Shown: piece after piece, positions 1 to 6,878 of the stretch | How positions within the stretch are numbered: the stretch's first letter is position 1 | Layout: each line of letters begins with the position of its first letter | Assembly: GCA_964648855.1 (NCBI GenBank) | Contig: CAZYLT010000022.1 | Span: 1-32,000 of the forward strand | From: an uncultured archaeon | GTDB taxonomy: Archaea; Asgardarchaeota; Thorarchaeia; Thorarchaeales; Thorarchaeaceae | Length of the DNA stretch: 32,000 bases | Reading direction: 5' to 3' | Position numbers and translations under genes: made by a program | Notes under the pieces: generated by a model | Told to the model about the DNA's origin: nothing | Databases searched by the model: none | The model's input: only the letters and a program-made list of their open reading frames with translations

Positions 1-2
1 AT

Positions 3-455
3 CCGGGAAACAGTACTTATCCTGACTTCAGGGTACGGCATCCGACCCTCCCCGAACTAGACCTCATCGACATGCTCAGGGCTCATGTGGTGGAGCTCGT
101 CAGGCAATGCTTCATCCACAACGTGCCACGTAAGGAGTCGCATCGCTACATCCGTCTGCTGATTCACAAACTTGCCCCCTTTCTTGAGTGGAAATACACC
201 GAGGGGAAACGGGGGAGGAAAGACTTCTGGCCCGATGCGGACCGAGAACTCAAGGACATCATTACAGAGATCGAGGTGGCTCAGTTCTTTGAAGGGCAAC
301 AATTCGTTGACATGTCAACTCGAACGCGGCATCCAGCAAAGGTTGCCTTGAACAAGGTGAACGATGTTGAGCTTCCAGTGGAGATTCTTGGATACAATCG
401 TCTGGCAGGATGGCTGCAGCTCAGGGCTTATGCCGCAAAATGGGGTGAATATTGA
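3..455 (+). CDS. Hypothetical protein, 5'-partial (runs off the window start); probably mobile-element encoded
   Basis: The frame of ORF 72..455 is open back to position 3 (PGNSTYPDFRVRHPTLPELDLID-M...). Codons are GC3-rich. No family recognised. Confidence 0.7.
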   Translation, partial: PGNSTYPDFRVRHPTLPELDLIDMLRAHVVELVRQCFIHNVPRKESHRYIRLLIHKLAPFLEWKYTEGKRGRKDFWPDADRELKDIITEIEVAQFFEGQQFVDMSTRTRHPAKVALNKVNDVELPVEILGYNRLAGWLQLRAYAAKWGEY

Positions 456-655
456 AACCCCCACTTGTGTGGAGTCTCCCCTCTTTAGGAATGGCGCTAG
501 GGATAGCACTGAAATCGTCGGTCTGCATGATAAGGCATCCGCCGCCCCCGCGTATATGGGAGAATGGCCTCGTTGCACCCAGTGGAACTAGAGTGCAAAG
601 GTGTTAGTAATCTCTTACTGGATTTTTTGAGAGGCAACATCCTAAGATTCGCTGT
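454..655 (-). ncRNA. Candidate structured RNA (or ssDNA structure) on the minus strand
   Basis: Consecutive stems at 454-478, 494-509, 533-570, 573-598 and 600-642. Their plus-strand C.A mismatches become G.U pairs on the minus strand. There is a GAGA tetraloop (611-614) and an ATATATAG TATA-like box at 683-676. Confidence 0.4.
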
Positions 656-765
656 TCTGTGTCAATTTCTTGAGTCTATATATGGTACCTTGGAAATAGG
701 AGAAAGACTCTTTGGGAAATAAGCAACATATCTCTTCTAACAAAGAATTAGCATAGAGAATGAAC

Positions 766-912
766 TCATTCTAAGCCAGTATTTTTGGCGTAGTCGTCTT
801 CATTGGATTCTGCTGCTGTAGTGTTTTTGTGCTGTTGAAGTTCGTCGCCTATCTATTCAAGCTCGGCAAGCTAATCTTCAGAAACAGTCTTGTCTGGACT
901 GGCCGAATCCAT
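766..912 (-). pseudogene. Small acidic ORF interrupted by two in-frame TAG codons
   Basis: ATG directly follows the TAG of 913..1149, with a GGGGTG SD-like motif upstream. It reads MDSASPDKTVSED*LAELE*IGDELQQHKNTTAAESNEDDYAKNTGLE*. Confidence 0.35.
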
Positions 913-1149
913 CTACGCCAGCACCCCCGTTGGCTCTTTTCCGACAGCCACATCTTCATCGGGCTGGCTGTCATGTTCTATTAGCACGTCCTTGATGCGT
1001 TGCCATTTTTCAAAAAATAGCATGGGAAACTCATCCTGGCTCAGTCCGGGATTGTGGGGAATCCCCATCTCATCCTCGTACTCTTCTTTCATCTGGTACC
1101 ATTTCGCCTTCGTCTCCGGCTTCATGTACCATCTGTCGTATTCTGGCAT
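913..1149 (-). CDS. Small putative DNA-binding protein (ribbon-helix-helix-like architecture), divergent from the wHTH regulator
   Basis: 78 aa with a short N-terminal strand (DRWYMKPET) and two amphipathic helices (KAKWYQMKEEY; SQDEFPMLFFEKW). GTAGGT SD-like motif upstream. Fold assignment is inference. Confidence 0.55.
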   Translation of the reverse strand: MPEYDRWYMKPETKAKWYQMKEEYEDEMGIPHNPGLSQDEFPMLFFEKWQRIKDVLIEHDSQPDEDVAVGKEPTGVLA

Positions 1150-1167
1150 GTGTTTAACCTACCGGAT

Positions 1168-1248
1168 TTCACGTTTTGATATGCATCAGATAGGATACAC
1201 CTACTAATAAGCCTAGCGCATATCCATATGTGAAAAACGCAACGTGAA
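1168..1248. promoter_or_regulatory. Candidate operator sites in the divergent intergenic region
   Basis: Inverted pair TTCACGTT (1168-1175) / AACGTGAA (1241-1248), palindrome CATAT-CC-ATATG (1219-1230), and TAGG-ATACA-CCTA (1191-1203). Confidence 0.35.
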
Positions 1249-1299
1249 TTTCTTGGGAAAAGGGTAAAGCGGAGATATGGTTCCATGTTATTGATTTTC

Positions 1300-1581
1300 A
1301 TGACGCTGGAACTTCTGGAGCAAACGGGTGCTCTGCGCACATTAGTCAAAGTGTATGAAAGGCCCCGATTTATTACGGAACTTGTGAGGTCCTCCATTAA
1401 TCCGGAAGGAATAGCAAGCCTTGATTCTATAATGAAAGTGCGCGAGAAACTAGGAGAGCTAGGCCTGATCCGCGAGGAGATGGAGGAAGGCGCCCGCCCA
1501 AAGACGTTCCTGGTCATCACCGAGAAGGGGAAAAAGGTAGCCGAGAGGCTCAGGGAGATACAGGAGATATTGGGGGATTAA
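1300..1581 (+). CDS. Winged helix-turn-helix transcriptional regulator (MarR/PadR/HxlR-like), copy 1
   Basis: Typical wHTH C-half LGELGLIREE...PKTFLVITEKGKKVAERL. ATG 1300 is preferred over 1285 by alignment with the paralogue. Confidence 0.85.
   Translation: MTLELLEQTGALRTLVKVYERPRFITELVRSSINPEGIASLDSIMKVREKLGELGLIREEMEEGARPKTFLVITEKGKKVAERLREIQEILGD
1462..1581 (+). repeat. Dispersed direct repeat copy 1 (3' half of the wHTH gene)
   Basis: 103/120 nt identical to 3955-4074 by manual codon alignment. Positions 1544-1569 match 6137-6162 at 24/26. Confidence 0.95.
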
Positions 1582-1582
1582 G

Positions 1583-2251
1583 TTGGAGGAAAAGAGAAGC
1601 CACAATAGGAATGCATCTGGAATTAGATCAGTTTTATTAGAAAAATATTGGTCTGCTAAAAATGGTCTAGGTCTGCTTGCAATTATGGGCATAACATTGG
1701 GGCTTGTTGCCTCTTCTAGCGAATTATGGTTATCAAATGAAAGCTCTCTATTTGCAAGATTCACATCTTTCGAACATTCAGTGTTTTACGTCATTATCAC
1801 GGGGATTATTCTCTTCATCTTGTATTACTATGACTGGAAAAGGACTGTAACTCAGAAGAGTTTGCTCAGAAATGCTTTCTATTCTCTTGCGTGTGCGCTT
1901 CTGGATTTATTCCAAATGTGGTTAGTTATCATGTTTTCCTTTCTCCTTCTAAATGAGCTCACTCTTTCAAATTTTCATCTGTATTGGAAACTTTTTTATC
2001 TCACTATGCCGCTCACAATCGGGGAGTTCGCCTTGTCTTCAGCTCTGACTAATCTTCTTCAAAAAGCCAAAAATTTGGAGAGAAGATCCCATGAGCATGA
2101 ACAGAAGATCGTCGAGACGGCCAAAAGCTTACAGGATGTCGTTGTGCCACCAGCACCAGATATCAAAGAGGACAGTGAAAGGCTCCAAGACTACCTTAGT
2201 AAAAAGAAGAGAGGGGAGAGAAGCATTGGAAACCGAACGGAAGAGAAATGA
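1583..2251 (+). CDS. Membrane protein (about 4 TM segments) with C-terminal coiled coil
   Basis: TTG start 1 nt after the wHTH stop, with a GGGGGA SD inside the wHTH 3' end. Four hydrophobic stretches, then LTNLLQKAKNLERRSHEHEQKIVETAKSLQ. Confidence 0.75.
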   Translation: MEEKRSHNRNASGIRSVLLEKYWSAKNGLGLLAIMGITLGLVASSSELWLSNESSLFARFTSFEHSVFYVIITGIILFILYYYDWKRTVTQKSLLRNAFYSLACALLDLFQMWLVIMFSFLLLNELTLSNFHLYWKLFYLTMPLTIGEFALSSALTNLLQKAKNLERRSHEHEQKIVETAKSLQDVVVPPAPDIKEDSERLQDYLSKKKRGERSIGNRTEEK

Positions 2252-3704
2252 AGAGATTGAAGGTATTCTTTCATCGTTGATTGAAACAACTGAGAGATTA
2301 GAAAATGTACAGAATGAAATTATGGAAGATAATTTGAATCCCATAATTGAAAAGATGAAAACTATCACAGATAGAATTCAGGTTCTTAGTGATTCGACCG
2401 GCCAAAACAAGGCTGTAATTGTTGAATTGCTTGATGATTTCCAGCAGTTCAGAGCAGATTTTGACTCTTGCAGCTCTAGATGCGGAGGAATTCCCAATGA
2501 AGAAACTGCAGAAGAGGTCAAGAAGCTATTTGATGATGTAGATGAATTGATTGATGATGGAAAAACCGACCAAGCGCTTGCATTAGCCTATGAACATAGA
2601 GTCAAGCTCAAAGATTCCTGGGATTATTGGATCAAGCTTGGGTCGAGATATAGCGGTGCCAATGAAAACGAAAAAGCAAAGAAGGCGTTCGAGCAGGCCA
2701 TAAAACTAAAGCCCGAGGAATTTCTTTCTCATTGTCAGTATAGTGGTCTGATTAAAGTAACTGAAGGCCCTGAGAAGGCATTATCCTATATCAAAGAATT
2801 CGTAAAGAGTGTGCCTTTGAGGGGGTGTCATGTCTTCTATAATGCACTGGGATGGTTATTAATGGATGTTGCAGAACCCAATGATGTAGAGGATATTGTT
2901 TCAAATATTACGAACCCCGATTCTCCCGAATGCACTCCCTGCGTCCAAGCATTTCTCTATTCCAGAGTAAACATGGATTCCAAAGCTATCTCGATAATTT
3001 CAGACCATGATGTTTCAGATTGTGCCATTTATCCTCTCGTTAAGACAGCCATCCACGCAAAAGCAGAGGTCAAAGAAGGCTTAGAAGATATGGTGAAGTC
3101 TGCAAATGTTAGCAAGGATCCAGACCCATTTGAAGTTAGCCTTCTAATTATGATTTTGCAGAATGTTGGTCGTTCTTTAGATTGCGATCCGACACTAAAA
3201 TTTGTGAAGAGAGTCAAAAAGAGATTCAAGTCAGAAAAAATACCTGAAGATAGGCAAGGAGCGTTGCATGAGTATTCTGCATACGCACTTATGGGTGCAG
3301 GGTGCAAGAATTTTGAATTCATCTCAAAACTCCAAGATATCGCATTAGAAACGCATGAGTGCTCATCGCTTCGTTATGATAGAATAATCTTGAAACTCAT
3401 GTCAAAGCAATACAATAAGGCAGCGGAAGAGGCCAGAGAGGCACTGGATAAATACGATGACGATGATTGGATTTTGCTGGCTTCAATTGACGCGATATCT
3501 CGTTCCGAGGAGCCGACAGATCTATCAAATCTCTATAAGAAGGCACTGGACATGAAGGAAATTACCACAAGCAAATACAGACTAATGGTCTTGAAGAATT
3601 CAGCGATAAGAATGGATAGCCCATTTCTCTCAGATATTGAAACCTTGCTCAAGAAGATTGGTGCCTCAGATGAGGATGCGTCTGGTAGTTCTGAAACTAA
3701 ATAA
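2226..3704 (+). CDS. TPR-repeat protein with N-terminal coiled coil, Cys-rich
   Basis: TPR pattern WDYWIKLGSRYSGANENEKAKKAFEQAIKLKPEE plus further helical repeats. TTG 2226 with GAGGGG SD is preferred to ATG 2091, which overlaps the upstream gene extensively. Confidence 0.8.
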   Translation: METERKRNEEIEGILSSLIETTERLENVQNEIMEDNLNPIIEKMKTITDRIQVLSDSTGQNKAVIVELLDDFQQFRADFDSCSSRCGGIPNEETAEEVKKLFDDVDELIDDGKTDQALALAYEHRVKLKDSWDYWIKLGSRYSGANENEKAKKAFEQAIKLKPEEFLSHCQYSGLIKVTEGPEKALSYIKEFVKSVPLRGCHVFYNALGWLLMDVAEPNDVEDIVSNITNPDSPECTPCVQAFLYSRVNMDSKAISIISDHDVSDCAIYPLVKTAIHAKAEVKEGLEDMVKSANVSKDPDPFEVSLLIMILQNVGRSLDCDPTLKFVKRVKKRFKSEKIPEDRQGALHEYSAYALMGAGCKNFEFISKLQDIALETHECSSLRYDRIILKLMSKQYNKAAEEAREALDKYDDDDWILLASIDAISRSEEPTDLSNLYKKALDMKEITTSKYRLMVLKNSAIRMDSPFLSDIETLLKKIGASDEDASGSSETK

Positions 3705-3780
3705 CCCTCACCTCATTTCCGATACTACCGTTGGGCAACCTATGATTTCGATGTGAACGGGTGATTCAAGGAGGTTTAGA

Positions 3781-4074
3781 ACGAAGCCTATTGCCAGAAC
3801 AAATGAAATACCGGGAGCTCTTCAACTGCTCATTTCACTTTATGAAGAGCATAAATACATCACATTAGTTCTGAAAAGCAGTAGTAATCCGAAAGGCTTC
3901 ATTTCCCAAACAGCCTTGTACGAAGCAAGACGCGAGCTAGGAGAGAAGGGTCTTGGCCTCATCCGCGAGGAGATGGAGGAGGGCGCCCGCCCCAAGACCT
4001 TCCTGGTCATCACCGAGAAGGGGAAGCGGGTCGCGGAGAAGCTCAAAGGGATTCAGGAGATATTGGAGGAATAG
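3781..4074 (+). CDS. Winged-helix regulator paralogue (copy 2) with non-canonical ACG start, or a start-loss pseudogene; not in the ORF track
   Basis: Open frame (T/M)KPIARTNEIPGALQLLISLYEEHKYITLVLKSSSNPKGFISQTALYEARRELGEKGLGLIREEMEEGARPKTFLVITEKGKRVAEKLKGIQEILEE aligns end to end with copy 1. AGGAGGT at 3769-3775 lies 5 nt before ACG. Confidence 0.8.
   Translation, partial: TKPIARTNEIPGALQLLISLYEEHKYITLVLKSSSNPKGFISQTALYEARRELGEKGLGLIREEMEEGARPKTFLVITEKGKRVAEKLKGIQEILEE
3955..4074 (+). repeat. Dispersed direct repeat copy 2 (3' half of the wHTH gene)
   Basis: The first 24 codons encode a peptide identical to copy 1, with only synonymous third-position differences. Confidence 0.95.
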
Positions 4075-4297
4075 CAAGATAGGTGCATTTCTCCATGAAT
4101 TATGTGGATAATTCAAATATCAGTGGAAATATGGCTAAGGAGCATTTTGAACTCATATGAGGACCATATTTACACCCGCAAATAACATAAGGGCGCATAG
4201 AATAGTAAGTTTATTAGAAAGAAGGTGGAGCTAGGCATATGTCGAAGATTGATTTTGAATATCATCGCCTTTTTACAGATAACCGGGGTGTTAGAGT

Positions 4298-4675
4298 ATG
4301 ACCGAGAAGAAAATAATAGCCAATTTCAACTATGAATACTCCCCTGAATACAAGGAGTATTATGCAACAGGTGCTAGAGGCGGAATAATTAACGGATATC
4401 ATTATCATCTGGAATTCTATAGAGAGACACAACATATCTCTACTCAGCAACAATTGGTGGAAACTTCAGAGGGAAGAAGGGTTGAAGATATTTCCGACGT
4501 AGAACCCCCAGTTATTCAGAGAGAATTCTTGTTTGGCCTGAACCTCTCATTTCATGCTGCTTTTGAACTATATCAGTGGCTAGGAGCAAAATTATCCGAT
4601 ATGGCCAATATACAATCGCGGACTCTTGAAGCACTAAGAGAGTCTGTGCCCACGGGTGAAACTATGGATGAATGA
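4298..4675 (+). CDS. DUF3467-like protein
   Basis: Motifs YATGARGG..., LEFYRE, QREFLFGLNLSFHAAFELYQWL resemble DUF3467 (Y-A-x-G ... F-Y ... S-x-x-x-A-x-x-L-x-x-W-L). GGGGTG SD upstream. Confidence 0.65.
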   Translation: MTEKKIIANFNYEYSPEYKEYYATGARGGIINGYHYHLEFYRETQHISTQQQLVETSEGRRVEDISDVEPPVIQREFLFGLNLSFHAAFELYQWLGAKLSDMANIQSRTLEALRESVPTGETMDE

Positions 4676-5174
4676 GCAGGCATCAATATATCCTAGAGAG
4701 GAAGATACGAGCAGGGAGCCAACCCTTACCCCCCTGACAAAAGGATATACTTCATCGGAAAGTTTTCTCATCATAACTGATTCTGATAGGGATCAAACAC
4801 ATATTGCTCGCTATAGCGATGATGCTTTGTTCCGTAGACCTCTTGATACCAGCACAATCATTTTGGAGGAAGTCAAAAACCTGAAGAAAAAGGTAGCTGG
4901 ATTAGAGGAAGCGGTTGAGGTTCTTAGAAGTGACATGGACAGTCATTTAGGTGTCACAAGGAGCTACTACAAAGACCTTTCTCAAGCCGAGATAAAGGAA
5001 ATAATCAAAGATCATATCGAAGAAGAGGGGAACTTTTGGCCGGATGAGCTCGCTGAAGAATACAACCTTAGCGTCTTGGCTGTCATGGAAGCAATTGACG
5101 AGCTTGTCGAGGAAGGGGTTCTTGAGAGGAAGAACAAGAATGACGTACCCAGACGAACTACCAGGGGAAATTGA
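4668..5174 (+). CDS. Coiled-coil plus C-terminal winged-helix protein (antitoxin/regulator-like)
   Basis: Coiled coil ILEEVKNLKKKVAGLEEAV and HTH EIKEIIKDHIEEEGNFWPDELAEEYNLSVLAVMEAIDELVEEGVL. ATG 4668 with GGGTGA SD overlaps the upstream stop. Confidence 0.75.
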   Translation: MNEQASIYPREEDTSREPTLTPLTKGYTSSESFLIITDSDRDQTHIARYSDDALFRRPLDTSTIILEEVKNLKKKVAGLEEAVEVLRSDMDSHLGVTRSYYKDLSQAEIKEIIKDHIEEEGNFWPDELAEEYNLSVLAVMEAIDELVEEGVLERKNKNDVPRRTTRGN

Positions 5175-5526
5175 GGCAGAAGTTGTTACCATTGCGTGTA
5201 GGCAGACAAGCCCCCGGCAACTGCCACATGAAGCAGTCGATCGCGATGTATATTTTGAAAGGCGCGTAATTCTCATCTTTCCTGAACCTTATGGAAAAAA
5301 GGAGACCTCTTGATTGAATGGTGAAATCTCCGGAAAACACGGCCCTTTTGAGTGTGTAGCAGCAAGATATGAGAAGCTTAAACGAAGGGGATTGCAGCCA
5401 CCTGGAACGCATCATTATCAAGAACATACGATAGAAGGAGTACGAATTAGAGAGATTTTCCCTTATGGGCCCAGAAAATCGCATATGAAAACCCCACAAG
5501 AAATTCTATTAGAAAGCGACAACTAG
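5140..5526 (+). pseudogene. ~128-codon ORF split by a single in-frame TGA (5311-5313); possible toxin-like gene
   Basis: ORFs 5044..5313 and 5314..5526 are in the same frame and abut. ATG 5140 overlaps the upstream gene. Reads ...PYGKKETS*LNGEISGK...AARYEKLKRRGLQPPGTHHYQEH... Confidence 0.55.
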
Positions 5527-5663
5527 GCCACGCTGTAATTCATAAGTTTCATTCTTTCGATTCTAAGTACATACACCAAAAATAGTACCTGAATCCCATT
5601 CTCTGAGGTTCATATCGGAAGAACACCTAAGTGCTAGTGTAGCTAATTGCCAACCGTGGTACT

Positions 5664-6131
5664 ATGGAGATTCAGGAACAACAACCAGTATTCAGCCGGT
5701 CTGAGAAGTTTGAAATCAACGATATCGAGTTCAGAGAGATTACGATAAACAATTACAGGCTACAAGCAGAGGGTAGATCATGGACACGCTTCGTGCTTAG
5801 ACTATCCTTCATCGGCGGAGCCTGGATGGAAAAATGGAGACGGTTTGGTGCAAAATTGCTCGCGGCAGGGATACTGATGGTGACGTTCCCTCTATTTCTG
5901 GGCCCAGTCCTAGGTCTGGGTCTCTTATTCTGGTATTATAGTGGATCCCAGATTCTTTCCGTGATGTTCGTCTTTGTAGGTATGGCATTGATTGCCATCT
6001 GGGTTGTATTCAAGAGGGAGGCAATCAAGATCTACACGCCATCCGAGACCTTCAAGATAGAAGGGTCAGCAGGCTTCATAGAGGCGGTCTGGGGGGCAAT
6101 CATGGCACGTCAAGCGTCAAGGGATATCTAA
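5664..6131 (+). CDS. Membrane protein (2 TM) with flanking beta-rich, PH-like segments
   Basis: Two hydrophobic helices are inserted between REITINNYRLQAE...FVLRLSFI and IKIYTPSETFKIEG...FIEAVWGAI. The PH-like fold is inference. Confidence 0.75.
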   Translation: MEIQEQQPVFSRSEKFEINDIEFREITINNYRLQAEGRSWTRFVLRLSFIGGAWMEKWRRFGAKLLAAGILMVTFPLFLGPVLGLGLLFWYYSGSQILSVMFVFVGMALIAIWVVFKREAIKIYTPSETFKIEGSAGFIEAVWGAIMARQASRDI

Positions 6132-6136
6132 AACCA

Positions 6137-6171
6137 AGAGGCTCAGGGAGATTCACGAGATACTAGGAGGG
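6137..6171 (+). repeat. Third, truncated copy of the wHTH 3' end
   Basis: AGAGGCTCAGGGAGAT is identical to 1544-1559. It translates as RLREIHEILGG versus RLREIQEILGD, and supplies the GGAGG SD for 6181. Confidence 0.8.
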
Positions 6172-6180
6172 AAATGGACA

Positions 6181-6822
6181 TTGTATGTAATAGCTCGTTT
6201 GTATGGCAATCGTGAAAAACAGATAGAATGGCATCAAGGATTGAGAGCGCCCCTCAAGAATTTGATTGATAGTGGTGTCATAAAACGTTTTGTTATGACC
6301 TATCATGGAGATAAGCTCTATCTCTGTCTTGAGTCGCTCGAATTGATTGAAGATACTCTCGAACATTTAATGGTAGCCAGTTCATTCAGTGCCATCACCA
6401 ACTATCTGATTGAGAATGTTGGAGAAAAAAGCATTGAGACATCTAACTATGAATTCGAGGTTCGGGACTCAATTCTTGCCACACTGAGGAAAAAAGGAGT
6501 CCAAAATCCCTCAGATGCCTTTGTTTCTGAACTGACTAAAAGGCAAATCGATAATGCATCGCGTGGATCCAAAGCGGCTATGGAAATACTCTCACAAGAC
6601 CCAGCTGATATTTCTGACTGGAATTCACTGACATACGCGGCCTTTAAGAAATGCCATCCCCTAAATGAAGGTTGGTTCATCTCTGATTCAGCGCATTTTT
6701 GCTTCAATTCACTAGGATTGTCAAATCAGGAGGAAGTTGCCTGTAGAAGCCTATTCGAAGTAATTAACAGTGTGAATAGCGCTGTGAGAAATCTTTTTGA
6801 CCGGGAAGATTGGAAAACATAG
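6181..6822 (+). CDS. Stand-alone protein resembling the lantibiotic dehydratase C-terminal (Lant_dehydr_C) domain
   Basis: FVMTYHGDKLYLCL (cf. FFxRY...HLRLR), NYEFE (cf. YEPE), and AHFCFNSLGLSNQEE (cf. HMxxNRLGxxxxxE). Confidence 0.55.
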   Translation: MYVIARLYGNREKQIEWHQGLRAPLKNLIDSGVIKRFVMTYHGDKLYLCLESLELIEDTLEHLMVASSFSAITNYLIENVGEKSIETSNYEFEVRDSILATLRKKGVQNPSDAFVSELTKRQIDNASRGSKAAMEILSQDPADISDWNSLTYAAFKKCHPLNEGWFISDSAHFCFNSLGLSNQEEVACRSLFEVINSVNSAVRNLFDREDWKT

Positions 6823-6878
6823 AAATTAGAGAAATGTTAAGAAACGAAGAAGAATGACTACAGCTCTTCATCGATGTC

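Noticed and set aside
505-545. GAAA...GTC / CTGCATGA resembling a hammerhead ribozyme core
   Set aside because: The core is not CUGANGA and the three stems cannot be arranged around it.
454-600. Possible tRNA or att-site remnant
   Set aside because: No T-loop GTTCRA, D-loop or cloverleaf spacing on either strand.
2091-2251. Programmed frameshift fusing the TM and TPR genes at TAAAAAG (~2200)
   Set aside because: Only five As, so not the canonical A-AAA-AAG. An independent TTG start with SD at 2226 explains the overlap.
1462-4074. Repeat pair as a DGR template/variable repeat or a CRISPR unit
   Set aside because: Differences are mainly synonymous third positions rather than clearly one-directional adenine changes, no reverse transcriptase is in the window, and there is no repeat-spacer periodicity.
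5527-5600. SECIS element for the TGA at 5311
   Set aside because: A loose hairpin exists (GATTC..GTAC/GTAC..GAATC), but it has no AUGA/GA core and the protein context has no redox motif.
6819-6857. Possible fourth wHTH tail (EIREMLRNEEE*)
   Set aside because: Only vague peptide similarity and no nucleotide match to the other copies.
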